Part shown: piece after piece, positions 33,874-39,064 of the stretch
Position numbering within the stretch: the stretch's first letter is position 1
Layout: each line of letters begins with the position of its first letter
Virus record (IMG/VR): IMGVR_UViG_3300033407_000058
Coordinates: 1 to 39,064 of that record
Source of the DNA: a virus
Lineage: Duplodnaviria; Caudoviricetes
Reading direction: 5' to 3' (one strand)
DNA length: 39,064 nucleotides
Notes under the pieces: model-generated
Told to the model about the DNA's origin: nothing
The model's input: only the letters and a program-made list of their open reading frames with translations
The model's database searches: none
Made by a program: the position numbers and the translations under genes

Positions 33874-35112
33874 TTATTGCTGAGAAAGTGCTTGGAGTTC
33901 GGTGTTGGAGAGGCGAAGCGGGTAGTAGGCTAGGTGGGCTATATGGCCGTTAATCGACACAGAAGAGTCATACTTATGCCCTATCGTAAAATTACTAACC
34001 ATTGGTGGTGTGCCTAAGTTATCTGATAAAGATACACTACCATTATATGAAGCTCCAAAGTCGTTTAGCTTATATGCGCCAGATATAATATTAGAAACTC
34101 CAGGTGATACTAAAAATATATTATTTCCCAGCGAAGCCTGAGGCGTTCCGCCGTTAACACAATTAAAGTATACTGACACTGTTGCGTTAAAAACAAACGA
34201 AATAGCATTTTGGGTTGTTCCATTATCTGCCCTAAAAATTACAGGATATCCTATGCCACTGGTATTTGTATCAAACTTACAAACAAAACTCCCCTCATCC
34301 TGCCTATACCAGTCGCTGAAATTACTCCCGGTCATTTGAGCAATATCAGCAGCTCTGGTAACCGCTGAAGCAACTGTGGGGATATATGGAGATGGGAAGG
34401 CCCCTACCTCGAGTTGGGCACCCCAGACATCCGCATAAGTACCTGAACCGAAGTAAGCACGAAATCTTACCGATGTTGTTGAATTAGTAATAACAGTTAA
34501 AGTTATCCTATAAAAATCATGAGCAACCTTCTGTACAGTAGATGCAGCGAAAGTGAAATTTCCCTCGGTATTGGTAGAAATTAGGAGTCCAGTAACCAGA
34601 TCCAAAATAACAATCGCTCTGTTGGTAGCTGTCCCATCATCAATGGTAAGATAATGCGCTGGCGTATCTCCCTTTACAAATACAGATCCTGTGTAGGTCA
34701 TAGGGGATGCTGCTTTTGTCAAGGCTTGACTGTAGGTGGCGTTACCGGTGCGGGTAAGCCTATCCGCAGTCGTCGTTCCATCAGGGGCCGTGGTAGCATT
34801 TGGAGTTAACGTTAAGAAAGCCTTACCCCAAGCAGCATTATCAAATTGCTCAGAGTAAGTAAGCATATTGGTCCGAGACTCCCAGATCGCCAACCCCTTA
34901 CACTCCAGGGTAATTGGGTCGTGATCAAAGCATGGCCCATCAACAGCCGCTGTCTTCAAGAGGCCATCAGCGCCGAAATAGGTGGCCTCGGAAGCCCTGC
35001 TAAAGGTAATCCTCGGATCGAGGCTCTTGGTCTTCGCGAAGTTTAGCTCCAGCGCCGGAGCCCCCACCGTGCTCTGTAAAAATGGATTCATTAACTGAAG
35101 CCCAAGCATCAC
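33874..35112 (-). CDS. head/tail fibre (spike) protein with lectin/LamG-like beta domains
   Basis: FSRAS.ATYF..DG.L, GL.I.ESRTN.L.YSEQF, WGAQLE.G.F.S.YIPT....VTRAAD. Confidence 0.78.
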   Translation of the reverse strand: MMLGLQLMNPFLQSTVGAPALELNFAKTKSLDPRITFSRASEATYFGADGLLKTAAVDGPCFDHDPITLECKGLAIWESRTNMLTYSEQFDNAAWGKAFLTLTPNATTAPDGTTTADRLTRTGNATYSQALTKAASPMTYTGSVFVKGDTPAHYLTIDDGTATNRAIVILDLVTGLLISTNTEGNFTFAASTVQKVAHDFYRITLTVITNSTTSVRFRAYFGSGTYADVWGAQLEVGAFPSPYIPTVASAVTRAADIAQMTGSNFSDWYRQDEGSFVCKFDTNTSGIGYPVIFRADNGTTQNAISFVFNATVSVYFNCVNGGTPQASLGNNIFLVSPGVSNIISGAYKLNDFGASYNGSVSLSDNLGTPPMVSNFTIGHKYDSSVSINGHIAHLAYYPLRLSNTELQALSQQ

Positions 35113-35369
35113 ATCACCTCAATCAAACCATCAGCATCAAAGGTTGCGGAAACTACGCCGTCGAGTCCGCGCGGATTATTCGCAAACAGAGGAATTTCTG
35201 TCTGGTCCCCTGCCGCTGTCTTCCAAATAACCCCCGCGAAGGTAACCGGAGCGGAGATAATAACATCCCCCGGTTGTGGGTACCACGGGGTATCAGCAAC
35301 AACCGCATCAACTCGCTTGACGGTGAAAACCTGCGCTACTATGCCATATTCGAACTTTGTTGATCCCAT
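35109..35369 (-). CDS. small putative virion protein
   Basis: Lies between the portal and fibre genes, coupled to the fibre gene. Confidence 0.6.
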   Translation of the reverse strand: MGSTKFEYGIVAQVFTVKRVDAVVADTPWYPQPGDVIISAPVTFAGVIWKTAAGDQTEIPLFANNPRGLDGVVSATFDADGLIEVM

Positions 35370-35393
35370 TTTCAGTACCTTCTTTGTTGTTGG

Positions 35394-37511
35394 TTAGAGG
35401 GGAGGGGCAGGAGGAGTGGGGGGCTGTTGTTCCGGGGGATTATTATCCATTAATCCCGGTGGATTTCCGCCTTCCGGCTTCCCCGCCATCAGATCCCCAG
35501 AGTCAATCATAGCATGCAGAGTTCCCATTATCGCATCCTGCATCTGCGCTTCTGACATACTCTCCTGCATCGCCGCAAGCCGCTTTGTCTCAACATCGAA
35601 CTTCTTGATATCTAGTTCTTGCTGTTCAAAGCTGGTTTGGACGTTCTCCAGCATCCTGCGCATGGCTTCCATCTGCTGCCCCATAGCTTCGATTTGTTGC
35701 TGAGCCTGCAGGACCTCAGGCGGAGGCTGGTCGGAGAGGAGCTTCGGGTCAATCGTCCGACGGAGGCGTTCAGCCAATTTCTCCGCGCCGGGCCAGTCCA
35801 TACTTTTCACCAGCAAATCTCCGGCGACCGCCCAGAGCTCTGGATTCCCCTGCATCAGTGCCGACATACTTTCCGCCGCTTCTTGCCGCTTGGTCGTATA
35901 AGAAGGTCCGGTTATAACACAGACATCATATTTCCCAACTCCGGGGTTAAAGATAGACTTGATCACCGCGCCGGTTTTGGGATCAACGATATCCTTCTTG
36001 GCCTCTGCCTGTTCCGGATCTATTTCAACCTGTCCAACCTCCCCATCAACTCCCATTATACGGGCGATGCGCTTAGTATCCAGGACCTTCGGAATTAGGT
36101 CGATTATCTGCCGGGTGGAAAAGCGGATTGCACGGGCCAGATTATCTACATAGTGGTAGGTGCCGGTATCAGTCTGCCGTTCGCGGGCGAGGATCGCCTT
36201 GCCGGATCGCTCATTGCTGGTCGCCCCGAGAGAGGAATCATACTGCCCCGTTACCGATTTGATATCATCAGCGGCGGCGAGTTTGGCGGAGATTAGACCA
36301 GATTGCACCATTGGCGGGGCAGAGCGCTGCGGGAGGGGAAGCGGGGCGCCTTGGCCATCGACGATATCCGGGTTGACTTCCAAATAAGGCCAGGGGATGG
36401 TGTTGGCAGTCTTCCATTGTGTCTCATACCCTTCGAACTGCCCGCCGTAGCCGACAAAGGGAGCCTTGGGCGCAAGGGCTAGCATTTCTGCTTCCTGACT
36501 CGACCAATAATTGTACATGCGTTGCGGGTCTTTGGCGTTGCGGATAAGGCCGGATATGTGCAACTTCCCCTCTATCTCATACTCGTTGCCGATTACCCGG
36601 ATGACTGGAATCCACCCCCCCGGCCAGACCTGCTCTTCCAGGACCTCCAGTCCATTGATCTTGCACCACTTAACCACTCTGCGATCTGCCGTCCGCTCTC
36701 GAATCGGCTTGATCCCCCGCGCCCGAGCTTCCAGATCAATGGCGCTGCCCTTCTCACAGGGGCCGGAAGGGTAGAGGCAGAGCTCAACCTGCTCGTGTTC
36801 GATGTAGAAGTATTCTGCGATCCGAACTGTTGCTTCGGTTATCCAGCCAGAAATCCCTTCATCCCCGATACCGTTGGCCAACAAGGTCGATAGCGGGGTG
36901 GCGTTTGGGTAGTCCCGCTCGTATTCCTCCTTCAAGATGTCGGTGGTTAAGAAGCACCATTCGGCATCGGAGCCACAGGGGTCCTGGATAGTCGGGTCCA
37001 TGTAGACGGAGAACTGGTTGCGGATTCTGCCGATCTTGATTTCTTGCTCGAAGGAGTCCTCGTCGATCCAATCAGTTAGCAGGCGGAAGTAACCCTCTCC
37101 GGTTATGACTTGGGCTCCGCAGGCTGTATCGTAGGCGACATCCGCATCAGAAATGTATTCAATATGCCGGATTATTCCGGTGTAGACTTCGGCCAGATCA
37201 GTGTCGGCGGAATCATTAACCGGGATAACCTTGCCGGAAGGGCGATTCTGCCGCTGGTCGTTGGTGACTTGTTGGACATGCTGCGGAAGCTTGTTGATGG
37301 TTAAGCAAGGCCGCGCGGCGAGGGTTTGACCGGCTGCAGATCCGCGCGTACTCAGCACGTCTGCAGGCCATTGCCACTGGTTATCCGGACTCCCCGCGAG
37401 GAACTTCAAATCCTCCAGCTCGAATCCCCGGCTCTCGGACACTGCGGCGACTGCCATTTCCATTCGCTTTCGCGCGAGGCTCAGCAGCTCAGTATTATCT
37501 TCCTTTTTCAT
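35394..37511 (-). CDS. portal protein (P22-like)
   Basis: D..F..G...QW, RPCLT.NKL, V.N.QRQNRP, G..R.AKD.QR..NY, SG.AI..R; C-terminal coiled coil. Confidence 0.93.
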   Translation of the reverse strand: MKKEDNTELLSLARKRMEMAVAAVSESRGFELEDLKFLAGSPDNQWQWPADVLSTRGSAAGQTLAARPCLTINKLPQHVQQVTNDQRQNRPSGKVIPVNDSADTDLAEVYTGIIRHIEYISDADVAYDTACGAQVITGEGYFRLLTDWIDEDSFEQEIKIGRIRNQFSVYMDPTIQDPCGSDAEWCFLTTDILKEEYERDYPNATPLSTLLANGIGDEGISGWITEATVRIAEYFYIEHEQVELCLYPSGPCEKGSAIDLEARARGIKPIRERTADRRVVKWCKINGLEVLEEQVWPGGWIPVIRVIGNEYEIEGKLHISGLIRNAKDPQRMYNYWSSQEAEMLALAPKAPFVGYGGQFEGYETQWKTANTIPWPYLEVNPDIVDGQGAPLPLPQRSAPPMVQSGLISAKLAAADDIKSVTGQYDSSLGATSNERSGKAILARERQTDTGTYHYVDNLARAIRFSTRQIIDLIPKVLDTKRIARIMGVDGEVGQVEIDPEQAEAKKDIVDPKTGAVIKSIFNPGVGKYDVCVITGPSYTTKRQEAAESMSALMQGNPELWAVAGDLLVKSMDWPGAEKLAERLRRTIDPKLLSDQPPPEVLQAQQQIEAMGQQMEAMRRMLENVQTSFEQQELDIKKFDVETKRLAAMQESMSEAQMQDAIMGTLHAMIDSGDLMAGKPEGGNPPGLMDNNPPEQQPPTPPAPPL
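35428..35465. promoter_or_regulatory. paired palindromic box element 5 (in the portal 3' end)
   Basis: TGTTCCGGGGGATT-ATTATCCATT-AATCCCGGTGGATT. Confidence 0.7.
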
Positions 37512-37804
37512 TTAGAAAGTCTCTCTTGGAGTAAATAACCTTCAAGTCCCCAGACCTTACCCTTAGCATCTTCTCGTGACACCATGCGGCCGATATCTTC
37601 ATTGAAATTCTCTTTAGACACACAGGCAGCCTCTCCTCGTACTGTGAAGCCGTTGCGAAGGGTGAGTTCGCATATTAAACATTTACCACTTGGCAATTTG
37701 GTATAAGTCTCCCCAACGATAACAGCCTCAATATCCTCTGGACAAAGTCGCGGAGCATTTAAATCTCTTGCTTGAATCTCTCTCTCTATTTCGTTATCAT
37801 TCAT
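37508..37804 (-). CDS. N4 Gp49/Sf6 gp66-family protein
   Basis: APR..P.DIE..I, C.L.L.NGFTV.GE.ACVS.ENF...IG...R..A..K.W.LEGYLL. Confidence 0.85.
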   Translation of the reverse strand: MNDNEIEREIQARDLNAPRLCPEDIEAVIVGETYTKLPSGKCLICELTLRNGFTVRGEAACVSKENFNEDIGRMVSREDAKGKVWGLEGYLLQERLSK

Positions 37805-37805
37805 G

Positions 37806-39064
37806 TCAGTTCCCCATCCAGGATGTTGAGTTTAAGGCCACAGGCATATCCAGTCCGCCGCGGATTAGCTTTAATTGACTCTTCTGCTCGGAATTAGCGT
37901 TCGATTTTCGTTTTCCGCCGAGCTTCGCCGCGCCACGCCCGAGCAGGCCAAGAACATCAACCCCATCGTCAGGCGAACCGGCGGGGAAAACAAGAGCTTG
38001 GCGCTGAAGCTCCGCTGTCCAAGCGGCCCTCGGCCAGAACAATTTCCCACTCCCGGAGAGTCCTATAATCGCCTGCGCATTCGCTTCTTTATTATTAACT
38101 GCGGGGAGGTACTCCAATCGGCAATTAACCTGGCGCTGGGCCATCCGTCTGCGGAGGGTCATTTCCATCGCTCTTCGAATGACCCCAGATTCCGCATACC
38201 AGCAAAGCGGCCCCCATCGCACCATGAGGTCGATTTGCTTTTCCACCCAGATCGCTGAGTCAACTTGCCCGCGCCACCAATCCAGGAGATAAATTGCCCC
38301 ATCTGAATCAATTCCGCAGATTCCGAACTCCGTCCAATCTCCGCCGCCGGGGGTAACTGCACAATCCCCCGCGCCGATAATCCGGAGGTCTTCCGGCAGG
38401 TCTTTCCCTTCATATACCACCATATCATCCTTGCGGAATAGTATACCCTCCTCCGGCGCGGGGATCTGCTGATAAAGGCTGGACCAGGTCCTGCGATTAA
38501 GTCGGAACTGTGACCAATGCTTGTCATCGAACCATTCCGGCCAAAGCATCTCCCCAGCGGCCCTTCCCAGGGGATCGGTTTCAGGATGCTGGCACTCGGC
38601 TTGCAAACAGATAACTTCCCACTCGAAGTCATCCTTGCACAGGATAACTCCCGACTCCCCGGACCAATCATCTGGTAGGATTTTCCCTGAAAGGTCTTGC
38701 TCGTTCCAGCGAGTTTGAATGATAATAATCCAGCCACCGGGGATCAATCGAGTCTTAAGGTCATCCTCATAGGCCTGGAAGGTCCGCTTTTGGATGAGCT
38801 CCGAGTCCGCGTCCTGCCTCCCTTTAACCGGGTCATCTATAACCAGCCCATGCGCCCGGTTCCCCGTAACCCCGCCCAAGATCCCGCAAGCAATATACTC
38901 GGAGCCGTTTGTGAGCGAGAACTTGTCCACCGCGCGGGATTCCTTCGACAACTCAACCTGCAGCAGTCCGATAGTCTCTTCCGCTTTCAACAACTGCCGC
39001 GTTCTCCGGCCCATTGTATTCGCCAGATTATCCCCATAAGAGGCTAGGATAACTCTGCGATTCT
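37806..39064 (-). CDS. terL: terminase large subunit (5' end beyond the window)
   Basis: TGNRA...IDDPVKG, IQTRW...DL.G, LYQQ.P, FP.G..DD.VD; frame stays open from ATG 39014 to the window edge (NRRVILASYG). Confidence 0.92.
   Translation of the reverse strand, partial: NRRVILASYGDNLANTMGRRTRQLLKAEETIGLLQVELSKESRAVDKFSLTNGSEYIACGILGGVTGNRAHGLVIDDPVKGRQDADSELIQKRTFQAYEDDLKTRLIPGGWIIIIQTRWNEQDLSGKILPDDWSGESGVILCKDDFEWEVICLQAECQHPETDPLGRAAGEMLWPEWFDDKHWSQFRLNRRTWSSLYQQIPAPEEGILFRKDDMVVYEGKDLPEDLRIIGAGDCAVTPGGGDWTEFGICGIDSDGAIYLLDWWRGQVDSAIWVEKQIDLMVRWGPLCWYAESGVIRRAMEMTLRRRMAQRQVNCRLEYLPAVNNKEANAQAIIGLSGSGKLFWPRAAWTAELQRQALVFPAGSPDDGVDVLGLLGRGAAKLGGKRKSNANSEQKSQLKLIRGGLDMPVALNSTSWMGN

Overview
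Most of the genome of a tailed dsDNA phage with podovirus-type morphogenesis genes, arranged as two converging arms. The + arm (about 900-19500) has early hypothetical genes, a NADAR protein, an RHH DNA-binding protein, an SF1 helicase, a tRNA-like non-coding RNA, a PD-(D/E)XK exonuclease, a Sak4-like AAA ATPase, an SSB-like protein, a ParB-domain/DNA-methyltransferase fusion, a UDG-like/PolA fusion, an HNH nuclease and a DUF3987-like ATPase. The - arm (39064 to 19550) has terminase (cut off by the window end), a Gp49-family protein, P22-like portal/scaffold/coat/gp4/gp10 and ejection proteins, lysis genes and a cupin-like/SET-domain fusion. I could not recognise an integrase, CI-type repressor, primase, RNA polymerase or CRISPR array. 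The strongest unexplained signal is five dispersed 38-bp elements, each two AATCC-N4-GGATT-type 14-bp palindromes separated by exactly 10 AT-rich bp. Two of them lie inside coding sequence. They occur in a genome encoding a ParB(CTPase)-HTH-MTase fusion, which suggests a parS-like loading system for a sliding methyltransferase (inference). All protein calls come from reading motifs by eye; no database searches were run.
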